DNA of 64,000 nt from Alloprevotella sp. Lineage in GTDB: Bacteria > Bacteroidota > Bacteroidia > Bacteroidales > Bacteroidaceae. The position numbers and the translations under genes were made by a program. How positions within the stretch are numbered: the stretch's first letter is position 1; each line of letters begins with the position of its first letter. Positions 19,918 to 29,632 of this stretch are shown in pieces. Location of the stretch: positions 4,365-68,364 of the forward strand of contig JAZRYH010000081.1 in NCBI GenBank assembly GCA_045600685.1. The letters are read 5' to 3'. The notes below the pieces were generated by a model. It was given only the letters and a program-made list of their open reading frames with translations. It was not told where the DNA came from and searched no databases.

Positions 19918-20856
19918 TCAAATGGAAGACGGGTGCTTCAATGCGTAGAAAGCCACGGCGCTGGCGGCGGCCACATTGAGGGAATCTACGCCGTTGGCCA
20001 TGGGGATGCGTACTACGTAGTCGGCATCATTGATGCTCTCGCGGGGGAGGCCGTCGCCCTCGGTGCCCATGATGAGGGCGAGGCGGGACTCGGAGCGCAG
20101 GGCGGGGTCGTCGAGCGTGACGGAATCGTCGGTGAGGGCGAGGGCGGCGGTGCGGAAACCCTCGCGGCGCAGGGCGGCATAGAGAGAGAGGTCGTCACCT
20201 TCCCACACCGTCCAGGGCACGAGGAACACATTGCCCATACTCACGCGGAGGGCCCTGCGGTTGAGGGGGTCGCACGAGCGGAGGAGTATCACGCCGTCCA
20301 CGCCGAGGGCGGCGGCGGAGCGGAAAATGGCCCCGACGTTGGTGGCCTCTACGACGTTGTTGAGGATGACAAAGAGAGAGGTGCGCTGGCTTTTGGGCAT
20401 AAGGGCGGCGAGAGGGCGCGGGGCAGGGCGCTTCATGGCGCACAGTACCCCCCTGGTAAGCCTAAAGCCGGTAATCTGCTCCAGCAAGGCGTCGTCGGCG
20501 GTGAGGACTTCCATTTCGGGGCAACGCGCTATGATGGGGGCGGCATCTCCCTTGATATGGCGCTCGGTAGTGAGGAGCGACACGGGCTCCGCGCCGGCAT
20601 TAAGAGCCACGTTGATGACCTTGGGACTCTCGGCAATGAAGAGTCCCTGCTGGCTGCAGAGCTGCGCCTCCGTCAGGCGGCAATAGGGCGCAACGGCGGG
20701 GTCGGAGAGGGAGGTTATGTAATTACCCCTTCCGGCGCTACGCGCCACCTCCCCCGGCCTCTCTCTGACTTCGCCATCTCTCCCCTGCTGGGGAAAGAGT
20801 TCGCTCTGCGAGCGAGGGAGGCCCTGCGGATTATACTCTCTTTTTTCTATTGTCAA
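19918..20856 (-). CDS. TrmH/SpoU RNA 2'-O-methyltransferase
   Basis: NVGAIFRSA, MGTEGDGL, IPMANGVDSLNV. Confidence 0.9.
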   Translation of the reverse strand: MTIEKREYNPQGLPRSQSELFPQQGRDGEVRERPGEVARSAGRGNYITSLSDPAVAPYCRLTEAQLCSQQGLFIAESPKVINVALNAGAEPVSLLTTERHIKGDAAPIIARCPEMEVLTADDALLEQITGFRLTRGVLCAMKRPAPRPLAALMPKSQRTSLFVILNNVVEATNVGAIFRSAAALGVDGVILLRSCDPLNRRALRVSMGNVFLVPWTVWEGDDLSLYAALRREGFRTAALALTDDSVTLDDPALRSESRLALIMGTEGDGLPRESINDADYVVRIPMANGVDSLNVAAASAVAFYALKHPSSI

Positions 20857-20918
20857 GGTTAAGGTTAAAGTTAAGGTTAAAGTTAAGGTTAAAGTTAAGG
20901 TTAAAGTTAAGGTTAGGT
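20855..20918. repeat. AA(G/A)GTT hexamer tandem repeat
   Basis: About ten consecutive units between fmt and trmH. Confidence 0.9.
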
Positions 20919-20920
20919 TA

Positions 20921-22030
20921 TTATAACTTTACACCCCTTAAGAAGTCGGCGGCGGGCATGCGTTTCTTGCCGGCGAGTTGTACGACGAGGAGTTCCTGCA
21001 CACCATCAGGCTGCTGCACGTAGAGGTGACCATCCTTTACGAAGAGAGAAGCCCCCTCCCCGCTCCCCCTTTGGGGGAGAGCCGCAGAGGGCGATGAAGA
21101 ACCCACGCTGCAGCACTCCCCCAAAGGGGGAGCGGGGGCTTTTGCCGAAGGGCAAAATGCAGGGCCGTGGGGGGCCGTCTTATATATCTTCATCACCTGC
21201 ATCTTCCCGCCTATCTCAAACTCGCTCCATGCACCGGGGTAAGGGGAGAGGCCGCGAATGAAGTCGTAGGTCTGCTTGACGGAGCGCGACCAGTCTATGC
21301 GACAGGTATCCTTGAATATCTTCGGTGCCTGGCGCTGGTGGTCGGCCACGGGAAGGGTCATCTCCTCCTGCGGAATGGGGCGGACGCGCCCGGCGAGGAT
21401 GTTGTCCACGGTCTCGGTGACGAGGCGGCCGCCGAGGCGCATGAGGCGGTCGTGGACGGTCTCGGCATTGTCGTCGGGAGTGATGGGTATGCGCTCCTGC
21501 TGGATGATGTGGCCGGTGTCGATGGCGTGCTGGAGGAAGAAGGTGGTGATGCCCGTCTCGGTGTCGCCGTTGATGATGGCCCAGTTGATGGGGGCGGCGC
21601 CGCGATAGCGCGGCAGGAGGGAGGCGTGGAGGTTGAAGGTGCCGAGGCGCGGCATCTGCCACACCACTTCGGGCAGCATGCGGAAGGCCACGACAATCTG
21701 GAGGTCGGCACGCAGGGCGCGGAGTTCCTCAATGAAGTTCTCGTCCTTGAGGCGCTCGGGCTGGAGCACGGGGAGGCCCTGACTGACGGCGTACTGCTTG
21801 ACGGGGCTCTGCGAGAGTTCCGTCTGGTGGCGTCCGATGGGCTTGTCGGGCATCGTGACGACGCCCACGACGTTGTAGCCGCCTTCCACAAGGCAACGCA
21901 GGGCCTCCACGGCGAAGTCGGGAGTGCCCATATAGACTATTCTGAGCCCCCCTCTTATCCCCCCAAGGGGGGAGGATGTTGTCGGGGGAAGGAAGTCTCC
22001 CTTTAAGGGAAATTTAGAGGGTCTTTCCAT
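20921..22030 (-). CDS. fmt: Methionyl-tRNA formyltransferase
   Basis: YMGTPDFA, NLHASLLPRYRGAAPI, IRGLSPYPGA. Confidence 0.95.
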   Translation of the reverse strand: MERPSKFPLKGDFLPPTTSSPLGGIRGGLRIVYMGTPDFAVEALRCLVEGGYNVVGVVTMPDKPIGRHQTELSQSPVKQYAVSQGLPVLQPERLKDENFIEELRALRADLQIVVAFRMLPEVVWQMPRLGTFNLHASLLPRYRGAAPINWAIINGDTETGITTFFLQHAIDTGHIIQQERIPITPDDNAETVHDRLMRLGGRLVTETVDNILAGRVRPIPQEEMTLPVADHQRQAPKIFKDTCRIDWSRSVKQTYDFIRGLSPYPGAWSEFEIGGKMQVMKIYKTAPHGPAFCPSAKAPAPPLGECCSVGSSSPSAALPQRGSGEGASLFVKDGHLYVQQPDGVQELLVVQLAGKKRMPAADFLRGVKL

Positions 22031-23082
22031 TTCGTAATAATATTTTCAATAAGCCGCGGGAGGGCGTAGCGGTCGAGGTCGTCCCAGCGGACAAAGGTGT
22101 AGCCGGGTATCTCGGTGCCCTCCTCCACTGCCACGGCGGTGGCGCGGCAAAGGATGGTGCGGTGGGTGAGATGATGGGTGAAGGAAGCCCCCTCCCCGCT
22201 CCCCCTTTGGGGGAGAGTTTCAAAGCCATTGGCACCTTTGCCCAAAGACACGTCCCTATCTCCGGCTCTCCCCCAAAGGGGGAGCGGGGAGGGGGCCGAG
22301 GAGTCGGTTGCAACGATTTCCCACAGCCCTGCCCATATTCCTTTCTTTCCTCTCTGCCGCAGGTAGAGTCCCGTGGGAGTGTGGACGAGGACGTAGTCCA
22401 TACGGACTTCGGTGGGCTTTATGCGGCGTGCCTTCACGGGGAGGTCCTCCACCCTACTCTCTGCCAGGGCGAGGCAGGAGGCGGCCACGGGGCAGTCGGG
22501 GCAACGGGGAGCACGGGGTGTGCAGAGCGTGGCGCCGAAGTCCATCATAGCCTGATTGTGGCGGGCGGGGTGCTTTTTGTCCAGCACCTCGTGGGCGAGG
22601 GCGGCGAAGGTGCGCTTTCCGGCGGGAGTGTCGATGGGCGTATCGATGCCGAAATGGCGGGAGAGCACGCGATAGACATTGCCATCGACTACGGCGCAAG
22701 GTTCACCGAAGGCGATGGAGGCTATGGCGGCGGCGGTGTAGTCGCCCACGCCGGCAAGGGTGCGCAGGCCTTTGAAATCAGTGGGGAAACCGCCTCGCTC
22801 TACCACTTGGCGTGACGCCTTATATATATTACGTGCGCGCGTATAATACCCCAGCCCCTGCCAGAGACGCAGCACCTCGTCCTCACTGGCGGCGGCCAGA
22901 GCCTCCACCGTGGGGAAACGCTCAAGGAAGCGCAGGTAATAATCGGTGCCTTGCTTGACGGTGGTCTGCTGGAGGATGACCTCGCTGAGCCACACCTTGT
23001 AAGCGTCAGGCGCGGCCCGCCATGGCAAGTCGCGCCCGTTATGCTCGTACCACAGGGCCAAAGCCTCCGATAAGGGGTGCAT
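22003..23082 (-). CDS. mutY: A/G-specific adenine glycosylase
   Basis: SEVILQQT, WQGLGYY, VDGNVYRV and CTPRAPRCPDCPVAASC Fe-S motif. Confidence 0.95.
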   Translation of the reverse strand: MHPLSEALALWYEHNGRDLPWRAAPDAYKVWLSEVILQQTTVKQGTDYYLRFLERFPTVEALAAASEDEVLRLWQGLGYYTRARNIYKASRQVVERGGFPTDFKGLRTLAGVGDYTAAAIASIAFGEPCAVVDGNVYRVLSRHFGIDTPIDTPAGKRTFAALAHEVLDKKHPARHNQAMMDFGATLCTPRAPRCPDCPVAASCLALAESRVEDLPVKARRIKPTEVRMDYVLVHTPTGLYLRQRGKKGIWAGLWEIVATDSSAPSPLPLWGRAGDRDVSLGKGANGFETLPQRGSGEGASFTHHLTHRTILCRATAVAVEEGTEIPGYTFVRWDDLDRYALPRLIENIITKWKDPLNFP

Positions 23083-23160
23083 GTTAGTTAAAAGTTAACA
23101 GTGAACAGTTAACAATAAAAAGTTTTTCAGGATAAACGGCTATTCAACTATGCAACGCTC

Positions 23161-24216
23161 TTAATGGAAGAGTTTTATGCGCTGTTCTTCCGTCAACTTG
23201 CAGATGAGGAGTGTGCCGTCCTTCTCGCATACTACGTAGCCGTCGAGGCCCTGCACCACGACCTTCTTCTCGCCAGCGGTGTGGACGATGCAGTTGTGGG
23301 TGTCGTAGAGATTTACGTCGGGGCCGACGGTGGCATTGCCGCGCTCGTCCTTCTGGAGTTGTTCCAAGAGGGAATGCCAACTGCCAAGGTCGCTCCAGCC
23401 GAAGTCGGAGGGGCGTACGAAGAAATCCTCGGCCTTTTCCATGATGGCGTAATCCACGCTGATGCTCTCACACTGCGGATACACCTCATCTATGCGGGCC
23501 TGCTCCTCCGGCGTGTCGTACACGTTCCAGAGGCCTTCAAAGAGCCGCGACATCTGTGCCTGGTACACGCGGAAGGCGTTCACCACGGTCGTGGCGCTCC
23601 AGATGAAGATGCCGGAGTTCCAGAAGTAACTGTTCTGGGCGTAGTACTCCTTGGCGTGATCCAGGTCGGGCTTTTCTATGAAGCCGTCCACGCGATAGAT
23701 GCTCTTGCGGCGCGAGGAGGCGTAGCTGAGGTCGGCCTTGATATAGCCGTAGCCCGTCTCCGGGCGCGTGGCTTTCATACCGAGCGTCACCATGGCGTCG
23801 GTCTCGGCAGCGAACTCCAGCGCGTCAATGATGGCCGTGCGGAAGGCGGGAAGGTTCTCTACGTAATGGTCGCTGGGCGTGGCTACGATATTGGCACGGG
23901 GGTCGCGCTTCTTTATCTTCCAACTCACGTAGCAGATACACGGTGCCGTATTGCGGCCGCAGGGTTCCAGCAGGAGATTCCCGGCGGGCAGCTCCGGCAA
24001 CTGCTCACGCACGATATTGGCATACTGGGCCAGCGTGACGACCCATACGTTCTCTATCGGCACGATGTCGTGGAAGCGGTCCAGCGTGCTCTGCAGCATC
24101 GTGCGACCGCAGCCCGTCACGTCGAGGAATTGCTTGGGCAGTTCCTCGCTGCTCAAGGGCCAGAAGCGGGCGCCTTTGCCGCCAGCCATGATGACCAGAT
24201 GGGTATGCTCGTTCAT
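23161..24216 (-). CDS. manC: Mannose-1-phosphate guanylyltransferase
   Basis: MAGGKGARFWPLS, PKQF, EPCGRNTAP, SVDYAIME, WSDLGSW. Confidence 0.92.
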   Translation of the reverse strand: MNEHTHLVIMAGGKGARFWPLSSEELPKQFLDVTGCGRTMLQSTLDRFHDIVPIENVWVVTLAQYANIVREQLPELPAGNLLLEPCGRNTAPCICYVSWKIKKRDPRANIVATPSDHYVENLPAFRTAIIDALEFAAETDAMVTLGMKATRPETGYGYIKADLSYASSRRKSIYRVDGFIEKPDLDHAKEYYAQNSYFWNSGIFIWSATTVVNAFRVYQAQMSRLFEGLWNVYDTPEEQARIDEVYPQCESISVDYAIMEKAEDFFVRPSDFGWSDLGSWHSLLEQLQKDERGNATVGPDVNLYDTHNCIVHTAGEKKVVVQGLDGYVVCEKDGTLLICKLTEEQRIKLFH

Positions 24217-24231
24217 AAGAAGGGCAGAATA

Positions 24232-24618
24232 CTAATTTGTCTTTCCGTTTACCGTCATCACGCCCTGTATGTAAAGGCGCGTCAGAGGCTCTTCGCTGTT
24301 GCTGCGCACGGTGATGGCCTTTTTAAAGGTGCCGGGGAACTTACCCTTGCCCGTGTACTGTACCTTTATCTCACCCTTCTCACCGGGCTTGATGGCCTCC
24401 TTGGGGAACGTGGGCACGGTGCAACCGCAACTGCTGTAGGCCTGATGAATAATCAGGGGTTCGTCGCCCGTGTTCGTGAAAGAGAACACGCAAACCTTCA
24501 CTTCGTTCTCGTCAAAAGAGCCGAAGTCGTGCGTCGTCTTGGCAAAGGTTATCTTGGCCTGTGCCATCATTGCCGTAGCCACCATTGCAACGACAAAAAA
24601 TGTGAAAATCCTTTTCAT
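24232..24618 (-). CDS. DUF1573-like exported protein
   Basis: Signal peptide; HDFG, SSCGCT, IKPGEKG. Confidence 0.85.
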   Translation of the reverse strand: MKRIFTFFVVAMVATAMMAQAKITFAKTTHDFGSFDENEVKVCVFSFTNTGDEPLIIHQAYSSCGCTVPTFPKEAIKPGEKGEIKVQYTGKGKFPGTFKKAITVRSNSEEPLTRLYIQGVMTVNGKTN

Positions 24619-24723
24619 AGGCTTTAATGAAATATAAATTTGTGGCAAAGATAGTAAAAAATAAGTAGATAAAGGCGCATGAATGACATATTTTTTGTAA
24701 TTTTGCCGCACACTCCTATTCAA

Positions 24724-25368
24724 ATGGTCACCCCATCCGCCAGAATCACCGCCACCGAGCGCATAATTATGGGCATAGACCCCGGCACCAATGTCCTCGG
24801 CTATGGTGTCCTGCGCGTCGTTGGCCGAAAGGCCGAAATGCTCACCCTCGGTGTGATTGACATGCGCAAGGTGCCCGACATCTATCTCAAGCTCGGCCGC
24901 ATCTACGAGCGCGTCATGGGCATCATCGACTCCTTCCACCCCGACGAACTCGCCATTGAGGCGCCGTTCTTCGGCAAGAACGCCCAGACGATGCTCAAGC
25001 TCGGCCGTGCGCAGGGCGTGGCCATCGCCGCCGCCATGGCCCGGCAGGTGCCCATTCACGAGTACGCCCCCATGCAAATCAAGCAGGCCATTACCGGCCG
25101 CGGTGCGGCTTCAAAGGAACAGGTGGCCGCCCTTCTCCAGCGCCAACTGGGCATCTCCGACGAGACTCTCAAGTCCGTCCCCTTCCTCGATGCCACCGAC
25201 GCTTTGGCCGCGGCCTACTGCCACCACCTCGGCACGATGTTCCCAAAGAAAAACGAAATCGCAGGCCTCCATACCACCAAGACCGGCGAGACACGGCGCG
25301 CAAAATCGCAGTCGTGGGCACAGTTCGCCGCCAACAACGCCGGACGAATCCATGGAGATAAAAAGTAA
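24724..25368 (+). CDS. ruvC: Holliday junction resolvase
   Basis: GIDPG, AIEAPF, LGRAQG, DATDALA. Confidence 0.95.
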   Translation: MVTPSARITATERIIMGIDPGTNVLGYGVLRVVGRKAEMLTLGVIDMRKVPDIYLKLGRIYERVMGIIDSFHPDELAIEAPFFGKNAQTMLKLGRAQGVAIAAAMARQVPIHEYAPMQIKQAITGRGAASKEQVAALLQRQLGISDETLKSVPFLDATDALAAAYCHHLGTMFPKKNEIAGLHTTKTGETRRAKSQSWAQFAANNAGRIHGDKK

Positions 25369-25387
25369 AAGCAAAACAATCCACAAT

Positions 25388-25867
25388 ATGAAGCGCAAAT
25401 TATTTATACTTATTGCCCTTTTAGCCTTAAGCACCACATGTTCGCAAGTACGCGCACAGGAAGTATATAAAATGGTAATGGAGTCCGCCACCCGTGTCGT
25501 AAATAACCCAACGAGCAACTACACCCTCACGCGTGTGGCTCAATTCAAGCGCACCGCCCTCACCTATATGCGCGGCAAGGCTCTTGAAAACCCCGACAGC
25601 GCCACGGTGCACTTCCTCGACACGCAAGCCTACTACCTCAACGAGTTCACCGACCGCTTCTTCCGCGAGATTCTCAAGGTAAGCGGCAACGCCCGCAAAG
25701 ATTGCATCATGACCTTCGTCAAGGCATCCTCCGAGAATCCCATATGGAACGACCCCGACAAGGGCACCACCGAGAGCTACATCGGCACTGGCGAACTCAC
25801 CCCCTTCTCCCTCGACACCGACTGGGAAAAAGCCTACAAGAGCATAGAGGACACCTTGGGGAAATAA
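25388..25867 (+). CDS. Exported hypothetical protein
   Basis: Signal peptide MKRKLFILIALL...VRA. Confidence 0.75.
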   Translation: MKRKLFILIALLALSTTCSQVRAQEVYKMVMESATRVVNNPTSNYTLTRVAQFKRTALTYMRGKALENPDSATVHFLDTQAYYLNEFTDRFFREILKVSGNARKDCIMTFVKASSENPIWNDPDKGTTESYIGTGELTPFSLDTDWEKAYKSIEDTLGK

Positions 25868-25932
25868 CCAACGAGCGGGCTGTCCCCAAATTTTTAATTT
25901 TTAATTTTTAACTTTTAATTTTTAACTCTCCT

Positions 25933-26286
25933 TTGTACATCGTCTCCAAAACCCTCCAGGTCAGTTACGCCCATCGCCTCTCGCTCCCCTATGAGAGCGC
26001 CTGCACACAGTTCCACGGCCACAACGGCATCATCACCGTCTTCTGCTGCGCCGAGGAACTCAATGCCGAGGGCATGGTCATCGACTTCCACCACGTCAAG
26101 GACCTCGTAAAGTCCCATTTCGACCACACCTGCGTCAACGACCGTTTCCCCTTCAACCCCACGGCCGAGAATATGGCCCGTTGGATATGCGACAACGTGC
26201 CCCATTGCTTCAAGGTGCGATTCCAGGAGAGTGAGGGCAACACCGCCACATACATCAAGCCGGGATATGAAAACCTATCCTGTTAA
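25933..26286 (+). CDS. queD: 6-carboxytetrahydropterin synthase
   Basis: AHRL, C...HGHN, FDH, PTAENMA; TTG start. Confidence 0.88.
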   Translation: MYIVSKTLQVSYAHRLSLPYESACTQFHGHNGIITVFCCAEELNAEGMVIDFHHVKDLVKSHFDHTCVNDRFPFNPTAENMARWICDNVPHCFKVRFQESEGNTATYIKPGYENLSC

Positions 26287-26959
26287 CGAGATATTCTACA
26301 GTCTGCAGGGCGAAGGCATCAATGCCGGTCGCCCTGCCGTCTTCGTACGCTTCAGCGGCTGCAACCTCCGCTGCCCCTTCTGCGACACCGACCATACGGC
26401 CCACACAATGATGACGGCAGAGGAGATAATTAATAAAAGCCCTCTCCCCGCTCCCCCTTTGGAGGAGAGCTGCAACGCGGGGTCGCATTCGCTCTCTGAA
26501 CTCTCCCCCAAAGGGGGAGCGGGGCGGGGGCTTCTAATTCTCACCGGCGGCGAGCCCTCTCTCTTTATCGACGAAGCCCTCATCGCCGCCCTCCACGCCG
26601 CAGGCTTTGAGATAGCCATCGAGACCAACGGCACACGCCCCCTTCCCGCCGGCATCGACTGGGTAACCCTTTCTCCCAAAGACGCCTTCTGCCCCGATGC
26701 CACGCCCGTCATCACCGCCTGCGACGAGCTCAAGATAGTATTCACCGCCACCGGCCCCACCGACCCAGCCCTTGCCGACCTTGAGAAATGGGAGAGTGTC
26801 TTTCCCTCCACTTCTCCTCGGGGGCTTCTCATCCAGCCCTGCGACACCGGCAACCCCGAGCAGAATGTCGCCGTCACCCGCGCCGCCGTCGCCTGGGTCA
26901 AGGCCCATCCACTATGGCGGATTTCCTTACAGATACACAAGTTTTTAGGCATACGATAA
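26267..26959 (+). CDS. queE: 7-carboxy-7-deazaguanine synthase (radical SAM)
   Basis: EIFYSLQGEG, CNLRCPFCD, TGGEP, IETNG, LQIHK. Confidence 0.93.
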   Translation: MKTYPVNEIFYSLQGEGINAGRPAVFVRFSGCNLRCPFCDTDHTAHTMMTAEEIINKSPLPAPPLEESCNAGSHSLSELSPKGGAGRGLLILTGGEPSLFIDEALIAALHAAGFEIAIETNGTRPLPAGIDWVTLSPKDAFCPDATPVITACDELKIVFTATGPTDPALADLEKWESVFPSTSPRGLLIQPCDTGNPEQNVAVTRAAVAWVKAHPLWRISLQIHKFLGIR

Positions 26960-26965
26960 AGAATT

Positions 26966-27853
26966 ATGGCAGAAGACAAAAGTCAGAAAGTTTCCATCAG
27001 GTTCTACAACGACAGAGAAGTGAGAGCCGTATGGAGTGAAGAGGAAAACAAATGGTTCTTCTCCGTACTTGATGTCGTGGCTGCCATCAACGAGCAGGAT
27101 GACTACGCTAAGACGCGCAACTACTGGAAATACCTCAAAGCCAAACTCAAGGCCGAGGGCAGTGAAGTGGTTAGTGCCACTACCCAATTGAAACTCCTTG
27201 CCCCCGACGGCAAACGCCGTTTTACCGATACTCTTGACGCAGAAGGCATTGCAGCCCTTGCCAAGGCGATGCCCAACCAAAAGGCCATGGCTTTCCTCGA
27301 CTGGCTTGTCTATAGCGAGAATACTATTGACGGGCAGAGCCGTAAGAAAGCCTATACGCTCTTTGAGAGTGGTATGCTCTCTGCGCTGGAGCCCGGCACC
27401 ATCAAATGCCTTCAGCAAATACACGCCTATCTCTTCGGTGGGTTGTACGACTTCGCCGGACAGATACGCACGAAGAACATCAGCAAGGGCGGCTTTACCT
27501 TTGCCAACTGCCAACATTTCTCTACCACGCTCCCCAATATTGAAAACATGCCGGAAACGACTTTCGACGAGGTTGTGAGCAAATACGTTGAGATGAATGT
27601 GTGCCACCCCTTCATGGAGGGCAACGGCCGCAGCACCCGCATCTGGCTGGACCTCATGCTCAAGCGTTCATTGAGCAAATGCGTGGATTGGAGTCAGATT
27701 GACAAAAATGCCTATCTGGAAGCCATGCGCCAGAGCGTGGCCGACGACACGGACATACGCCGCTTGCTCCGTGGAGCCCTCACCGACGACATCCACAGTC
27801 GCGAGATGTTCATGAAAGGCATCGACTACTCTTATTATTACGAGAGCGAGTAA
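26966..27853 (+). CDS. Fic AMPylase with N-terminal BRO-like domain
   Basis: HPFMEGNGRSTR catalytic motif; C-terminal SYYYES resembling the class III inhibitory motif. Confidence 0.88.
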   Translation: MAEDKSQKVSIRFYNDREVRAVWSEEENKWFFSVLDVVAAINEQDDYAKTRNYWKYLKAKLKAEGSEVVSATTQLKLLAPDGKRRFTDTLDAEGIAALAKAMPNQKAMAFLDWLVYSENTIDGQSRKKAYTLFESGMLSALEPGTIKCLQQIHAYLFGGLYDFAGQIRTKNISKGGFTFANCQHFSTTLPNIENMPETTFDEVVSKYVEMNVCHPFMEGNGRSTRIWLDLMLKRSLSKCVDWSQIDKNAYLEAMRQSVADDTDIRRLLRGALTDDIHSREMFMKGIDYSYYYESE

Positions 27854-28287
27854 GGACTAAATATACAAAGACCATACTCACCCTTTACAACACCGCCGCC
27901 AGGGAGCAATCCTTGGCGGCGGCTTTATAATGTCCCGACACATTCGTTGGTTTGTACATTTTCCGCTGCACGTGCTACACACCATGAACAAACCGCCGCC
28001 AAGGAAGTCCCTGGCGGCGGCTATATTATCCGACACATTTATCGGTTTATACTTTTCTATATTGCGTGCGTCATAGCTCTTCCTTTTCCCGCTATAACAT
28101 ACTGATTCACAATAAATATTATTAGAAAGAAGCCAACAAATAATATTCAAACACTTCACACCTCTCTCGCAAGTGTTTATCTACTGACTTAAACGTTACA
28201 ATTTGTGACGCACATTCTTCCCACAAAATATGAAAAACCACTACTTTTGCACCCAGTTAACATTTTTAACCTCTTAAAACAAAATTT

Positions 28288-29031
28288 ATGAAAAAACTAC
28301 TTTCTTTCGTAGTAATGGTTTTGATGACTGTTCCTACCTTTGCTCAAATCACTGAAGGTGAACCTCGTGCAGATGTCCTTCCTACCGGAAACCGTTTAGA
28401 AAAAGGCATTTGGGGTCTTTACGTTGGCGCAGGCGCTACCTTTGACAAGAGAGACGACGAGTTTAATGATGGTAAACTTAGAGTTTCTCCTCTTGTAAAT
28501 GTTAAGTATATGTTTACTGACAAGTTGGAAGGCCGTATTGGCCTTGAGTTTGGTAAAAACAAGACTCGAGTTGGCTATCAGACAGTAGAAGAACGCGGCG
28601 ATGATTGCTTAGAGAAAAACGTATTATCGCACAACTACTTTAATCCCGGTGTAGCTTATCATTTCTCCAAAAAAAATCTATTGGACGTTTATGTAGGCGC
28701 AGAACTTCCTTTTGGTTGGGAACGCAATATGGGAAAAGACAAGATTGGTGATAATCTTGTAAAAACAAATGACAACCAATTTAACATTGGAGCCGGAGCA
28801 TTCATTGGTCTGCAGGCTTTCATCGGACGCCTTCCCTTGAGCATTGGTTTGGAATATGGCATCCAGACAATGTTTACCGCTGGAGCTGGCAATACCAAGA
28901 CTTATTCAAAATATGATGGCATTGAACAGACGACATATAACTATCACGGTGACTCAGGTTACCACATGAGCGCCCGCAAAGGTGAGATTTTGAATCAGGC
29001 CCGTCTGACCCTGTCTTACTACTTCAAATAA
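28288..29031 (+). CDS. Outer-membrane beta-barrel protein
   Basis: Signal peptide, amphipathic strands, C-terminal LSYYFK. Confidence 0.78.
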   Translation: MKKLLSFVVMVLMTVPTFAQITEGEPRADVLPTGNRLEKGIWGLYVGAGATFDKRDDEFNDGKLRVSPLVNVKYMFTDKLEGRIGLEFGKNKTRVGYQTVEERGDDCLEKNVLSHNYFNPGVAYHFSKKNLLDVYVGAELPFGWERNMGKDKIGDNLVKTNDNQFNIGAGAFIGLQAFIGRLPLSIGLEYGIQTMFTAGAGNTKTYSKYDGIEQTTYNYHGDSGYHMSARKGEILNQARLTLSYYFK

Positions 29032-29086
29032 TTCAATTTTGATTATTTAAAACAAATTCTATTAATTAATCAAAAAGGATAATCAT

Positions 29087-29569
29087 ATGAAGAAGTTTAA
29101 TCTATTTGCAATAGCCTTGTTGGGTGTGCTTTTGTCCAGTTGTGCAACTTCCAGACATAATAGTGCATATTCCAACATTGAGCCCAACGAAGTTCGTCTG
29201 AACATTGACATGCATGACATGGAGTGCCTCGGCGAAGTTGAAGTAAGCATTACCGAAGATATTTATTTTGGATTTATTAAGTCCACACGTTTCGTTAATG
29301 GTCAGAAATACAACAGTTGGAACAAAACAGCCACAAGCCTGACTGGTGCCACATGGGGACACTCTGCAAAGGGTATGAACAAGGCCACATCCAAGGTTCT
29401 TGAGAAGTATCCCAATGCCGACTTTTTCAAAGTTGTGCGTGAGACCTCTAGCACCAAACGCATGTTTGCCATGAAGGAAGTTACGCGAACAGCTACCATA
29501 AAAGCTTATCGTTTGAAAGCCGGCAATCATGGCATTACCACTTGCGCTTGCCATTGCGACAAAAAATAA
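29087..29569 (+). CDS. Lipoprotein
   Basis: Lipobox LSSC. Confidence 0.78.
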   Translation: MKKFNLFAIALLGVLLSSCATSRHNSAYSNIEPNEVRLNIDMHDMECLGEVEVSITEDIYFGFIKSTRFVNGQKYNSWNKTATSLTGATWGHSAKGMNKATSKVLEKYPNADFFKVVRETSSTKRMFAMKEVTRTATIKAYRLKAGNHGITTCACHCDKK

Positions 29570-29632
29570 TCATCAGTAATTATATAGCTACAGTGGCTGA
29601 CATAGTCACTGTAGCTTTTGTTTGGTATAATC

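Noticed and set aside
25868-25932. preQ1 riboswitch before queD
   Set aside because: Only TTTTAA-type tandem units seen; no recognisable aptamer
25933-26959. queD/queE as a 7-deazaguanine DNA-modification cluster
   Set aside because: Host-like context with no dpdA-like gene nearby; ordinary queuosine pathway is more likely
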